A stretch of 64,000 nt of DNA from Nitrosopumilus sp. (GCA_965219345.1 OZ244732.1:1600001-1664000), one strand, 5' to 3'; positions 50,701 to 61,996 are shown, numbered from the stretch's first letter. Translations and numbers: made by a program. Notes: a model not told the origin generated them from the sequence alone.

Positions 50701-53700
50701 GAAAAAGTTATGACCCCATTGAAGCAGAAATAAAAAAAAGAAAAAGGGGTGATTGATTAATCAATTTCCATAACGAAAAAGTTATGGCCCCATTGAAGCC
50801 CAAACGGCAGTAAAGCCGCCCGTCGCGAATGAACCGACTCTAATTTCCATAACGAAAAAGTTATGGCCCCATTGAAGCAAAAGAAATTGTCTTATAAGTT
50901 TACAAAGAACCTCTTAATTTCCATAACGAAAAAGTTATGGCCCCATTGAAGCTGCCTCATTTGCTGAGCGTTCGTACGACTCAATCGCAATTTCCATAAC
51001 GAAAAAGTTATGGCCCCATTGAAGCGCTAAATCTGTCAATGATATGCTAGATAGCAGAGCCAATTTCCATAACGAAAAAGTTATGGCCCCATTGAAGCTG
51101 GTATGTCATGCTCCAGGATTTGGGCATCCGATTTCATTTCCATAACGAAAAAGTTATGGCCCCATTGAAGCAGGTGGATCGATTGGTTTTTTATTTCAGG
51201 TTGAGAGCGAATTTCCATAACGAAAAAGTTATGGCCCCATTGAAGCTCACCATCTCAACAGGCATTTATTGAATCTCGAGAGATTTCCATAACGAAAAAG
51301 TTATGGCCCCATTGAAGCATCCCGTGACACAAAGAATAATTCCACAACCATACCCAATTTCCATAACGAAAAAGTTATGGCCCCATTGAAGCTTGTTCTG
51401 AGAGCGCCACATTCAGAAACATGAGAGAATTTCCATAACGAAAAAGTTATGGCCCCATTGAAGCAAGATTATTGGCGTCGCCGGATATGATAACTACGGG
51501 AAATTTCCATAACGAAAAAGTTATGGCCCCATTGAAGCAATTATTCACCGAATCAGAAATTAGCCTAACTCAGGTTCCCTATTTCCATAACGAAAAAGTT
51601 ATGGCCCCATTGAAGCAGCAATTTATCAAGGAACATCACAAGGAGATGTCGATTTCCATAACGAAAAAGTTATGGCCCCATTGAAGCGCCCTCTATATCT
51701 CCAGAATTGCCATGCTGAGTTTCATAATTTCCATAACGAAAAAGTTATGGCCCCATTGAAGCAAGGCATCTGTTGCGACATTGTCTAATCCACCGTTCCT
51801 TATTTCCATAACGAAAAAGTTATGGCCCCATTGAAGCCTTGCGAATTCGTGAGCATCATCAACCACCATCACCAAAATTTCCATAACGAAAAAGTTATGG
51901 CCCCATTGAAGCAAGGTGATGGACTCACCACACGATCTATTATTTCACAATTTCCATAACGAAAAAGTTATGGCCCCATTGAAGCTTTGGCCATTCCGCC
52001 ATAATTCGATTTTTCCGGTTCCGGCGGATTTCCATAACGAAAAAGTTATGGCCCCATTGAAGCTCTTCTTCAAGATAATCTACCTCACGGAATCCATGAA
52101 TTTCCATAACGAAAAAGTTATGGCCCCATTGAAGCTCAGTGTGGTCTTTGTGGTGGTGCTGCCAGTTAGCGCGATTTCCATAACGAAAAAGTTATGGCCC
52201 CATTGAAGCTGGTATTATGGACGGCGCTGTCAATTCTCATCTATATTTCCATAACGAAAAAGTTATGGCCCCATTGAAGCATCCAATGGAGGGGTAAGAA
52301 CAGGAGGAGGCAATTCCATATTTCCATAACGAAAAAGTTATGGCCCCATTGAAGCTCGTATGCTCTGCCAATTTGTCTGAGTGATGGCCTTATTTCCATA
52401 ACGAAAAAGTTATGGCCCCATTGAAGCCCCAAAACAAGAATGGTGGGGGTGGTGATGGCAGGGACAAATTTCCATAACGAAAAAGTTATGGCCCCATTGA
52501 AGCGATAGTTTGCCATGTATTATTAAATCGTCACATTCAGATTTCCATAACGAAAAAGTTATGGCCCCATTGAAGCTACGAATAGTAAGTTTGCCCTTCA
52601 CAAAGTGATGGAATTTCCATAACGAAAAAGTTATGGCCCCATTGAAGCGTATCAATTATAATATTATTTCTGGTACAATATTTGAGATTTCCATAACGAA
52701 AAAGTTATGGCCCCATTGAAGCCCGAATATCGACATGGCACTGAAGGTCATAGAGTCTATTTCCATAACGAAAAAGTTATGGCCCCATTGAAGCATTGTA
52801 ACGACTACGTGTGTACCTATGTTTCCTACCCTAATTTCCATAACGAAAAAGTTATGGCCCCATTGAAGCTACTGCATCGTATAGACTCTGTGTGTAGGCA
52901 TACTCATTTCCATAACGAAAAAGTTATGGCCCCATTGAAGCCATCTCTCAGTATTTCCGCATTCCCAGCATCCTTTGATTTCCATAACGAAAAAGTTATG
53001 GCCCCATTGAAGCGAGTGAGATTGGAAACGAAAATGCAGACACATTGAAAATTTCCATAACGAAAAAGTTATGGCCCCATTGAAGCAGCGAACCGTCCTA
53101 TTCCTACTTTCAGTACTATTCTTATTTCCATAACGAAAAAGTTATGGCCCCATTGAAGCGGATATAAGGTGAGGATGGATATCGCAATTAATGGGCATTT
53201 CCATAACGAAAAAGTTATGGCCCCATTGAAGCTGAGCATCCTCGGCACCATGCCCTGTGAATTCCCTCAGAATTTCCATAACGAAAAAGTTATGGCCCCA
53301 TTGAAGCTAGTACGCTAATTACATCTTGTGCTATTTGTTCGCGCAATTTCCATAACGAAAAAGTTATGGCCCCATTGAAGCAGTAAATGTGAACTGTATC
53401 ATTAATTTCAAGAAAACTATTTCCATAACGAAAAAGTTATGGCCCCATTGAAGCCTTGCCAAAACACGTAAAAAATGTAGGCAATTTGGCGAATTTCCAT
53501 AACGAAAAAGTTATGGCCCCATTGAAGCGTCAACGCCTTCCATGGACATTGGGACCAACACTAAATTTCCATAACGAAAAAGTTATGGCCCCATTGAAGC
53601 ATTGTTACCCTTACTGCCGTTCACCAAAAGCTATCGCCTATTTCCATAACGAAAAAGTTATGGCCCCATTGAAGCGAAAAAATCTCTGAGGCAATTTCGA

Positions 53701-53821
53701 CGCACACACCAATTTCCATAACGAAAAAGTTATGGCCCCATTGAAGCAGGTGTAAGATTCCATCGTGAGATGAATTCTGTTGTGGATTTCCATAACGAAA
53801 AAGTTATGGCCCCATTGAAGC
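41728..53821 (+). CRISPR. CRISPR array, about 164 repeats / 163 spacers (hand count)
   Basis: 36-bp repeat ATTTCCATAACGAAAAAGTTATGGCCCCATTGAAGC with CCATAAC/GTTATGG hairpin and ATTGAAGC 3' end; spacers mostly 35-43 bp. Confidence 0.99.
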
Positions 53822-53908
53822 CTGATCTGTATGATACAACATGATCTACAAATGCGTCAAAAATTGATGATTTCTATAGGGCCGAAATAATGGAATTGGC
53901 ACGTAGGA

Positions 53909-55324
53909 TTAAATGGTTTCTGGGACAAACATCCCCAAACCAAAATGAGCACCATGGCCAAAAGATAGAGGCCCTTGTATTTCCTCATCAAATTCAATCA
54001 ATACATCATATGCGCCAAATCCTGCAAGTTTGTCCTTTCTCCAACGACTAAACTGGATTGGTTTTAAGCCACATTTCATAGTAGAGGTGCTATCATTAAT
54101 TTCAATATTTTTGATTTTTGCTGTATCGCAAAATCTCCTTTTAATCTCCAGTCTTATCTGATCTTCTGGACCATCAACTATGTGTTTTTCCCCTTTACCT
54201 CTTACCTTGACATGTCTATTAAGTACAAATGGTGTAACAGATCTCCATCTTTTTGATTTTTGCAAAATTAAAATTTTTTCGAAATCTTCGAGTTCTCCGT
54301 ATCCCTGAAATACCAGACTAAATCCGTTTTGACCATATTGAACATGTCTCATAGAGGCTAATGCGTTCATCTCCTTTTCACCAAATGGATCTTTTGCAAC
54401 TATTGTTATATGATCTAAAATATTGTCTCCATCCTCATCGGTTGGAAGAAAAAATGCATGTCTATGGTTGTCTTTAAGATATGTGCTATCTGTTTGTTTT
54501 CCTGTGAATACTTGTGATGTCTCATTTTTATTTTCCTTTCCATAAATTGACATAGCAACTCTTCTAAGAAAATCACCCACATGGAGTGATTTAGTAACTT
54601 TTGGCCTTACGCTTCCTGCAATACGATATCTGACGACATTTATCGGTTTTGGTGGTACTGATGTGCTTTCCAACTGTTTTGTAAGCAAGTCCTTTGGAAG
54701 CCCATACTGTATCCATTTACTCCCCGGAGGATTCATAATTTTTTCTTTGTGAAGATCTCCAGTCTCAACGCAAATGTCCTCAAATGATACATTCTTGTTT
54801 GTAACTAGAACCTGAACGATATTTTCATTTCCTATGTGTACGTCATCCTCTAACTTGGAACAGTTTGGGGTGGGTGGTTTATCTACGCGTTGTACTTTAC
54901 ACCATGATTCTGCCCGTCCAAAGTATGACATGCTATTGATCACGATATCCAAAATTTCTTCTTGTTTCGTCTCTAATTTGACATCATTCCATATTGCAAC
55001 AACACACTCTTGAGTGTTTATCACCATAAAAGAGTCAATTATCTTTGTGGTTTCTTCTCCTCCCCAAACTGGCATGTAATGTCTAGTATGTGACTGTATT
55101 GCATTTGGCAGGTTAAATGAAACATCACATTCTGAGATAGCCTTTAGTATGGGCCACATTTCATCATATTTTATGTTATTTGATGTTTTTTTCCAAGTTG
55201 CAATTATTGCTCGCAATATACGCCAAGGGGATGGAGGCCAGTCAATTATCCCTTCATTTACATTTCTACCCCACTGTGTTGCATGATATCTACCAGCTAA
55301 AAATCTAAACGATAGTGCAAGCAT
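53909..55324 (-). CDS. csb2: type I-G Csb2 (Cas5-Cas6 fusion)
   Basis: GRYHAT.W, DWPPSPWR, YFGRAESW, H.HAFFLP, W.SVTP, GP..FG.G.HFGLGMF. Confidence 0.94.
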   Translation of the reverse strand: MLALSFRFLAGRYHATQWGRNVNEGIIDWPPSPWRILRAIIATWKKTSNNIKYDEMWPILKAISECDVSFNLPNAIQSHTRHYMPVWGGEETTKIIDSFMVINTQECVVAIWNDVKLETKQEEILDIVINSMSYFGRAESWCKVQRVDKPPTPNCSKLEDDVHIGNENIVQVLVTNKNVSFEDICVETGDLHKEKIMNPPGSKWIQYGLPKDLLTKQLESTSVPPKPINVVRYRIAGSVRPKVTKSLHVGDFLRRVAMSIYGKENKNETSQVFTGKQTDSTYLKDNHRHAFFLPTDEDGDNILDHITIVAKDPFGEKEMNALASMRHVQYGQNGFSLVFQGYGELEDFEKILILQKSKRWRSVTPFVLNRHVKVRGKGEKHIVDGPEDQIRLEIKRRFCDTAKIKNIEINDSTSTMKCGLKPIQFSRWRKDKLAGFGAYDVLIEFDEEIQGPLSFGHGAHFGLGMFVPETI

Positions 55325-55332
55325 GTTATTTT

Positions 55333-56304
55333 TTATGAACCCTGTTTACTTTTATTTTTTGTTTCATATTTGATGCTAATTGACTTATTTGGATCGAACT
55401 TACATTTAGATATAAGATCTTTTATCTTCGAGTTTAATTCAGACATGTCAGGTAATGTAAATCCTTCAGGAGATATAACTTTGGGTTCACTCTTAATCTG
55501 AAGATCGCATGCAGTTCGCAAACGCAATCCTGTTTCCAAGAATTTTTGAATCTTCCACAATGCCAGATTTATCAGTAATTCTGTCTGATGTTTTTCAAGA
55601 CAGTAACTCCTTATCTGTTGTAAATCTAGATTAAAAAATGCTGTTATGGATTCGGCAGTGTATTCTATACGTGAAAATGGAACGTTTCCTTGACCTTTTG
55701 ATGCACCACCTGTATCATCATCCTTACCTGGCTTAACATGATCAATTTTTGCACCACCACTTGTAACATTCTTTACATTTTTTGCCTCTATGAATGCTGA
55801 GAGTGCACGTGGAATTTTTATTCTTCCTTCCGCAATTTTTTTTGCAATCCAAACTCCATGTAACAAAGAATTAACATCCAATTCAAATATCAAAGGAGAT
55901 GTTTTAACAAGATCCGTGTTCCATCTTCCATCTTTATTTTGTAATCCATTTAATTTCTTTTTGATTTCCTCATTGCCACCTTCAAGGATATAAAACGAAC
56001 CGATTCGATGTGATTCACGAACTGAATTTGTTATTTGTTCATTATTGATATTGTTGACCTTTATCATTGGCAATCCATTTAATTCATCAACAAAGTTTGT
56101 CTTGTCTTTGTTCAAGCAAACTTCTTCCAAACGATTTGCCATTGATTGTGGTGATTCAACTAAAAGTGATATTGTGCTGTCATGTAATGGAATCTCAGCT
56201 GCACCCAAGTCTGGAAATCCAGTTGGCTGGAATCTATCTCCTTGTATAGGCTTTAATTCCACTTCTAATAATAATCTGCCACTGTTCTCTAAACTGTCAC
56301 TCAT
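55333..56304 (-). CDS. csb1: type I-G Cas7 (Csb1)
   Basis: RFQPTGFPD, LVESPQSMANRLE, HR, NSLLHG, RIKIPRAL, LRLRTACDL. Confidence 0.94.
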   Translation of the reverse strand: MSDSLENSGRLLLEVELKPIQGDRFQPTGFPDLGAAEIPLHDSTISLLVESPQSMANRLEEVCLNKDKTNFVDELNGLPMIKVNNINNEQITNSVRESHRIGSFYILEGGNEEIKKKLNGLQNKDGRWNTDLVKTSPLIFELDVNSLLHGVWIAKKIAEGRIKIPRALSAFIEAKNVKNVTSGGAKIDHVKPGKDDDTGGASKGQGNVPFSRIEYTAESITAFFNLDLQQIRSYCLEKHQTELLINLALWKIQKFLETGLRLRTACDLQIKSEPKVISPEGFTLPDMSELNSKIKDLISKCKFDPNKSISIKYETKNKSKQGS

Positions 56305-56328
56305 AAGATATCTAAGAATAGTCCATTA

Positions 56329-58482
56329 TTAAATTATATTGTATTTGATTCTGGGTTTTGCAATATGGTTAATCAGTTTCTCCATATCTGATTTATGTAA
56401 TGGAAAAAGAACAGCAGCTGTAAGTTTACTTATCATATGTTCTGGTATCTCCTGTGTTGAGTTTGATGAATACTTTGAGCTATCATATGTCAATATACTT
56501 GTACCAGTTATGTAAAGACGGCGCTGTGATATCTTGTGTGCTAAATTTATCTTACCTGATTTTAGCAGTCCTACTATAGATGGCTCAAATTTTGTAATAT
56601 TAGGGTCAAATGAGACTGGAGGAAAGTTTGACTTTATGGATATATATGTCTCTGGTATGAGCTCAGGAATTTCCCATATTTCTCTATAATTCTCATAGTC
56701 TAAATGATTATCATAATTAATCATTGAAAGTGGAAGTAATAGATTGCTTATCTTTTCATAGTCCAATTGACCATTTAGGAATAACAATACATCATTTACA
56801 GGCGCAGATACTTTTGATTTCAGTGGGATTGTTTTAAATTTTTGTATTTGGGCATCAATACATCGTCTTTCTAATACTGCAATCATGTTTTTAACGGTAT
56901 TGTTTTTATTCCATACTGCATGAGGACTTGATGGCTTCCATTCTAGTTTGTGGGTATACCTTATCTGCTCTAAATTGTATCTTATAGGATACTGTCCATC
57001 ATCATCTAAAATTGATGCCAAGGATACAGCAAGTCTGAATTCAGGTGTTTTATCATAACATGCACTTAGCCAATCAAAGGATAATTTCTGGAATGGTTGA
57101 ATCTTTTCTCTGATGGATGAGGAATTAGATATGATCCATTCTATCTTTCCTAAAATGATCAGGATCTCTTGCAAATATTGTTCCTTAGGATGTGTACAGA
57201 ATTTTATGATTGCGCCATCTATGTTACGTAATAATGATCTTATTGTTATTGGGAGGTTCTTCACTTTGCGGATTTTTTCCAACCACTCATCTATGTCTGT
57301 CAATAAATTGACTTGATGGTTTTTTATAGTATCTATCCTACCTAAACTAGTAGCAAGAAACGCCAATCCTTTTCTTTCAAACACACCAAATCTTTGAAAT
57401 CCGTATATGCCTCGCTCTGTACCCAAGCTTGTCAATGCTCTAACAAAATCAGTACCTGTGCTGGAATGTTTTTTGCCAATCTGTGATCTTCCTTCATTGA
57501 AGATATATTTTATTTCATCATATGTTGCAGGATTATCCCAGAGTGGAATCCATAACTCACCTCTAGACTTTTCTGCAGAGGATGAACCATATCCTGCCAT
57601 GGACGAATGCACTGTGAATGGGAATGCAGCTTTTGTTAAAATAGAACGGCGTGATACACTGCCTGCAAAAAGCAGGGTTCCCTCTATCATGAGAATATAG
57701 TCCCACGGATTTATCAATGATATTTTTTCTTTTTCGAAACCGGCACTTGTACAGTTTGATCCCTTGTATCCGTCAGGGTAAAAATATGCAGAGCTATTCT
57801 CCATTAACTTTACAGAATTACCAAACAACGAACCTTTAATCCAGTCTTTCTTCTCATCATCGGTGGAATTTTTATCTGGTAAAATACATTTACATATACA
57901 TTTCATAAAATTTTCTGAAATCTCAAAATTTCCATCATTTCCACAACTTCCTAAAATGGTACCATACGATGGTTTTGTAGATGTAATGACATACATTGCA
58001 TCAAACCAAGGTACTAATTTTTCAGTAATCTTGTTGCGGAATTGACTGAGCAGTAGATCTTTGTTATTCTTTATTTTCTTTTTGAGTTCTTTCATACGCT
58101 CCTCATCTTTTTTCTTGATTAGTTCAGCATATTCAGAAATGTTATCTTGGAGAATTTCTCGTACGTCTTCAAAAACCTCACAATACTCCTTTAAACGTTT
58201 ATTGTCTGATTGTTCTATCTCATACACAACAGAGTTGTCCACATCAAAAAAACCACTACCTCCATTCCAAGGGGATACTAGTGGTGTTGGTTTATACTGT
58301 TTTAGAAAAAAATCAAGTAATTCATCTTTGCTCAATTTTGTATGCAATACAAACACGTCTCTTTCCCAGTTTGCCGTAATTTCTTGGTCCATCTGTTCTG
58401 CTAGGATGCGAAAAATTCCAAGTGCTTTTAGATTCATCATAAGTGATTCTGGAATACATCCGTCCAGTCGTATGTCTATCAT
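56329..58482 (-). CDS. csx17: type I-G large subunit Cas8g (Csx17)
   Basis: LKALG, PTPLVSPWNGGSGF, GNDG, NPWD.IL..EG, AAFPF, RGELW.PLW, EGR. Confidence 0.93.
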   Translation of the reverse strand: MIDIRLDGCIPESLMMNLKALGIFRILAEQMDQEITANWERDVFVLHTKLSKDELLDFFLKQYKPTPLVSPWNGGSGFFDVDNSVVYEIEQSDNKRLKEYCEVFEDVREILQDNISEYAELIKKKDEERMKELKKKIKNNKDLLLSQFRNKITEKLVPWFDAMYVITSTKPSYGTILGSCGNDGNFEISENFMKCICKCILPDKNSTDDEKKDWIKGSLFGNSVKLMENSSAYFYPDGYKGSNCTSAGFEKEKISLINPWDYILMIEGTLLFAGSVSRRSILTKAAFPFTVHSSMAGYGSSSAEKSRGELWIPLWDNPATYDEIKYIFNEGRSQIGKKHSSTGTDFVRALTSLGTERGIYGFQRFGVFERKGLAFLATSLGRIDTIKNHQVNLLTDIDEWLEKIRKVKNLPITIRSLLRNIDGAIIKFCTHPKEQYLQEILIILGKIEWIISNSSSIREKIQPFQKLSFDWLSACYDKTPEFRLAVSLASILDDDGQYPIRYNLEQIRYTHKLEWKPSSPHAVWNKNNTVKNMIAVLERRCIDAQIQKFKTIPLKSKVSAPVNDVLLFLNGQLDYEKISNLLLPLSMINYDNHLDYENYREIWEIPELIPETYISIKSNFPPVSFDPNITKFEPSIVGLLKSGKINLAHKISQRRLYITGTSILTYDSSKYSSNSTQEIPEHMISKLTAAVLFPLHKSDMEKLINHIAKPRIKYNII

Positions 58483-60935
58483 GATTTTGATCTTTCATCC
58501 TCACTTGCCCTAGAATCTGCAGCACGTATTACTGCCTCAAGATATGCAAGTTTGAATGGACCATGTTTCTTGAGCAATCCTAATGTTATCTGTAGCCATG
58601 ATCTGCTGTTATCTTTTTTTCCAATTCTTGTAATGGATGCATCTATCTTGATCTCTTTATCTATATTTTCTTGCAATTTTTCCTCCTTACTTTCTTTTGA
58701 TTCTTTCATTTTATTGGATAGGAATATCGAGAGTTTTTCTGTTTCATCCAATTTCATTCCTAGAATATAACTGCCATCAGAATTGATGTATTTTGTGCCT
58801 TTCTTTTCAGGAAGAGAACGCATGGATAGACGCATCTTGCCATGGTGCGATGCAATGAGGTATGCTGCAAGATCTACATCAGTCTGTATATTGAGTTTTA
58901 AAAATGCCAGAGCACTTGCAGCCTCATGTCGAAAATTCTTACGTTCATGATTTGCACGTCCCCCTCTTTTTGCCCAAATCTCATCGCACGACACAGATGT
59001 GTCATCAGTGTTTTTTAGCATTGTATTTTGAAATACAGTATGTGCCTTGCCAATATCATGGTATTTTGCAACAATAATCATGACATCCTTTAGTTCTGTC
59101 AAATGTTCTAGTTGCTCAAGAATCTTTTTTGTCTTGGTAAGCACATGCACTGTATGATCATTGAGTGTAATCCAATCAGAATTCTCTGATATGGGATCTG
59201 AATTCAAAGATTCCTCTTCTGATTCTGATATTGGTTTGGTTTTATTGATATTATCTGGATGTGATTTGTCTTCCAAATCTTTTTCAACTGGTTTTACATA
59301 ATCATCTAATTTCACATGCCATCCTTTCTCTTCAGTGTATCCTCCACTTTTGGAATATATCAAATACGTCTGACCTGGATGCACATCATAACTCCTTTCC
59401 CAATATCCATCTAGCACATCATATTTCCATATACTATTTTTTTTAATAAATTCTTTTATGTCTGATATTGGCACATTACAAATCTCTTCATTTCGTATCT
59501 TATGTTTTGGCGGTCGCTGTTTTTCATCCCATTCTCTCCATAGGGCACCAACATCTGTAGTTTTTTCTAATGAACGAACATATCTTGATACATCAGTATG
59601 ACTGCCGGAAAGATCAGGAGTACTATCAAACAATCCAAGTACATCAGACTCTCTTATTACTATTTCATGGGTAATTGTTTCATCAATTTTTGGTATGGAT
59701 TTTGGCGAGAGGGATTTGCCTATTGATTTATCTATTTTCTTTTCAGATCTTTCCATATCTTCTTTCTCATATGGGATGTATTGATTTTCTGCAAGCCTTA
59801 TAAAATAAACTTTAGAGTCGTCATGCTCTCCTTTACGGTTACATCTTCCAAATCTTTGTACCATGCTAGACCACGGTGCCATCTCGGTGATCAGAGTCTT
59901 GGCAGAAATGTCAACACCTGCTTCAATTACCTGTGTAGATACTATGATCATATCCTGTTTTTCATCGGATTTTTCTGAGATATTCTGAATCTTTTTGTTT
60001 ATGTTTGCCCTCTCTTTTCTTCTGAATCGAGAATGTATCAACATTATGTCTGTTTTTTCTGAGATTTTTTTCAATTCTTCAAAAAGGCTCTGAGCTCGCT
60101 TTACAGTATTTACTATGATCAAGGTAACTGTTCCAGTATCATGTTTCTTTTTGATCTCTATTGCATCATTTTTTGTGTACTCATCTTTGTGTTTCGAAAG
60201 TTTTAATTCCTCTAGTCGTTTTTTTGCATTGTTGCGCTTTGAAAGAGATTCGTTTTCTGTATCTTCTTTGGACAACTCAAACTTTGTATATTTCTCAGGA
60301 TCCGAGTCCACAGTCTTCAACCATTGAGGGTTTATAGTAGCTGACATCCACACTGTCTTGTGTGGTGCATATGTCTTCTTTCTATCTCTAAACTCCTCTA
60401 ATTGTATAGATGTGGCAAGCCCGTTATGCATAAGTTGAATCTCATCCATTATCCACAGGCAATCATTGTTTAACAATCCAAACTCAACTGGCCATTGAAA
60501 TGGATTCATAGCATATCCTCTATTCAGTGCACGTGAAAGAAGCATGTCCTGAGTACCAATTATAATTGCATCGCTTTCAGGATATAGCCTATAATCATAT
60601 TCTGCGTTTCCGCCCATAATAGTGATCACTTTGATTTTATTTTCTAGTTTGAGGTTCTCAATCCATCTCTTAACTTTAGACACTGTTTGCTCTACTAAAA
60701 CGCGCATAGGCAAACAATAGACTAGTCTTCTTGGTGTGTTTTTGCGAACATCTTGATTTGAGTAAATACGTCTCCATACATATATTGCAAGTACTGCAGC
60801 TTCTGTTTTGCCTGCACCTGTAGGAATGCTGAGAATCTCCGAAATGTCTTTTGCGTTTGCTAATTTTTCTTGATAGGGATATGGTGCGAATCCACTTGCA
60901 TTTTTGAAAAACTCCTTAAATGTAATCTGTTCCAA
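58479..60935 (-). CDS. cas3: type I-G Cas3 helicase-nuclease with C-terminal HD domain
   Basis: PTGAGKT, DEIQL, SAT, QRFGRCNR, then HDIGK, RHE and SHHG at the C-terminus. Confidence 0.96.
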   Translation of the reverse strand: MEQITFKEFFKNASGFAPYPYQEKLANAKDISEILSIPTGAGKTEAAVLAIYVWRRIYSNQDVRKNTPRRLVYCLPMRVLVEQTVSKVKRWIENLKLENKIKVITIMGGNAEYDYRLYPESDAIIIGTQDMLLSRALNRGYAMNPFQWPVEFGLLNNDCLWIMDEIQLMHNGLATSIQLEEFRDRKKTYAPHKTVWMSATINPQWLKTVDSDPEKYTKFELSKEDTENESLSKRNNAKKRLEELKLSKHKDEYTKNDAIEIKKKHDTGTVTLIIVNTVKRAQSLFEELKKISEKTDIMLIHSRFRRKERANINKKIQNISEKSDEKQDMIIVSTQVIEAGVDISAKTLITEMAPWSSMVQRFGRCNRKGEHDDSKVYFIRLAENQYIPYEKEDMERSEKKIDKSIGKSLSPKSIPKIDETITHEIVIRESDVLGLFDSTPDLSGSHTDVSRYVRSLEKTTDVGALWREWDEKQRPPKHKIRNEEICNVPISDIKEFIKKNSIWKYDVLDGYWERSYDVHPGQTYLIYSKSGGYTEEKGWHVKLDDYVKPVEKDLEDKSHPDNINKTKPISESEEESLNSDPISENSDWITLNDHTVHVLTKTKKILEQLEHLTELKDVMIIVAKYHDIGKAHTVFQNTMLKNTDDTSVSCDEIWAKRGGRANHERKNFRHEAASALAFLKLNIQTDVDLAAYLIASHHGKMRLSMRSLPEKKGTKYINSDGSYILGMKLDETEKLSIFLSNKMKESKESKEEKLQENIDKEIKIDASITRIGKKDNSRSWLQITLGLLKKHGPFKLAYLEAVIRAADSRASEDERSKS

Positions 60936-61206
60936 GCAGCTATCAATCCTCCATGATTATTGATTATTGTTAACTATGAATATCTTTCCAAATATGGGGA
61001 CTACAGTTATCGGATATGAGTATTCATATTTTTATAATTTCATTCTTGCTGACAGAAGGTGTTGGGAATGTGTTGTATACCATACCTGCCAAATATCTTA
61101 ATCGACTTTCTAATTTTCCACCAATAGTTCTAAACCAAACCATGTTACATCCTTTATTAATAACGCCACACACAAGTTATTTTATCTGTGCCTGTCTATC
61201 CATACC

Positions 61207-61910
61207 ATGCCCAACCTCTTTGTCGACATAGAAACGGCGCCTAATATGACTAGTGACCAATATTTTCAGACCAGGCAGGAGATCGAGTCAGGCAAGCTGA
61301 CAAAAGACTCAGAGGACAAAGAAAGATTCTGGAAGTTTGAGAGGGAAGGCCTTACGCCGTTTGATGGCAAGGTGATTCTTATCACCTATAAGGTCAACAA
61401 CGGATACGTCCACAGACTCAAAGAATGGGAGGATGGCAAGGAGGCCATACTGAAAAAATTCTTTGAGATCCCAGTTGATCTGCAAAAAGGTGGAGGTTGG
61501 GATAACAGGCTGAGAATAATAGGCCACAACATACTTGGGTTTGATCTGTTCTTTTTGTGTAACCGCTCAAGAATTTACAAAATTCAAGAGGAGGGGGTCA
61601 TGCTTTAGACCCTTTGTGTTAAAGTCATTGATTGGTATGTGCACCTGAAGCGGGTCAGCACCTCAGGCTTGTTTATGATCCATTGATAGAGCCGGTGCTG
61701 GCACACGCATACAGATTTCCAACAAAGGAAACCCTAGGCTCTGGAGAAATCTCGCACTACTGCTAAAAAGAATATGGTAAGATCATAGAATATCCTAAAC
61801 GAGAGTTCATTTACCCAGAACTGTATGCAAAGATAGAGTTAGATGGTCTGACATCAAGGCAGTGTCTTCAAGAATCAATCCGGTGGTACGACGATCTGAA
61901 TCTACTCTGA
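61207..61910 (+). pseudogene. RNase H-like DEDD 3'-5' exonuclease, disrupted
   Basis: FVDIET (ExoI) and GHNILGFD (ExoII); protein-like continuation VLAHAYRFPTKETLGSGE..*KEYGKIIEY..REFIYPELY after the stop at 61608. Confidence 0.68.
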
Positions 61911-61996
61911 TTCAAATAAAGTCAGATCATAAGGCATCAGAAGAAACAACAGAAATTCTGCAATAAGGAAATCAGGTTTTTTGTTTAAGGTGATTA

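Noticed and set aside
42043-53689. Dozens of short ORFs containing LQWGHNFFVMEI / FHNEKVMAPLK
   Set aside because: Translations of the CRISPR repeat, not genes
41728-53821. Self-targeting spacers against this window
   Set aside because: Only 11-12-bp matches were noticed; no full-length match seen by eye, and an exhaustive search was not possible
61159-61182. AATAAC-N11-GTTATT hairpin resembling the repeat stem upstream of cas3 (CreTA-like mini-repeat?)
   Set aside because: Loop length differs, there is no ATTGAAGC handle and no second copy; likely chance in AT-rich DNA
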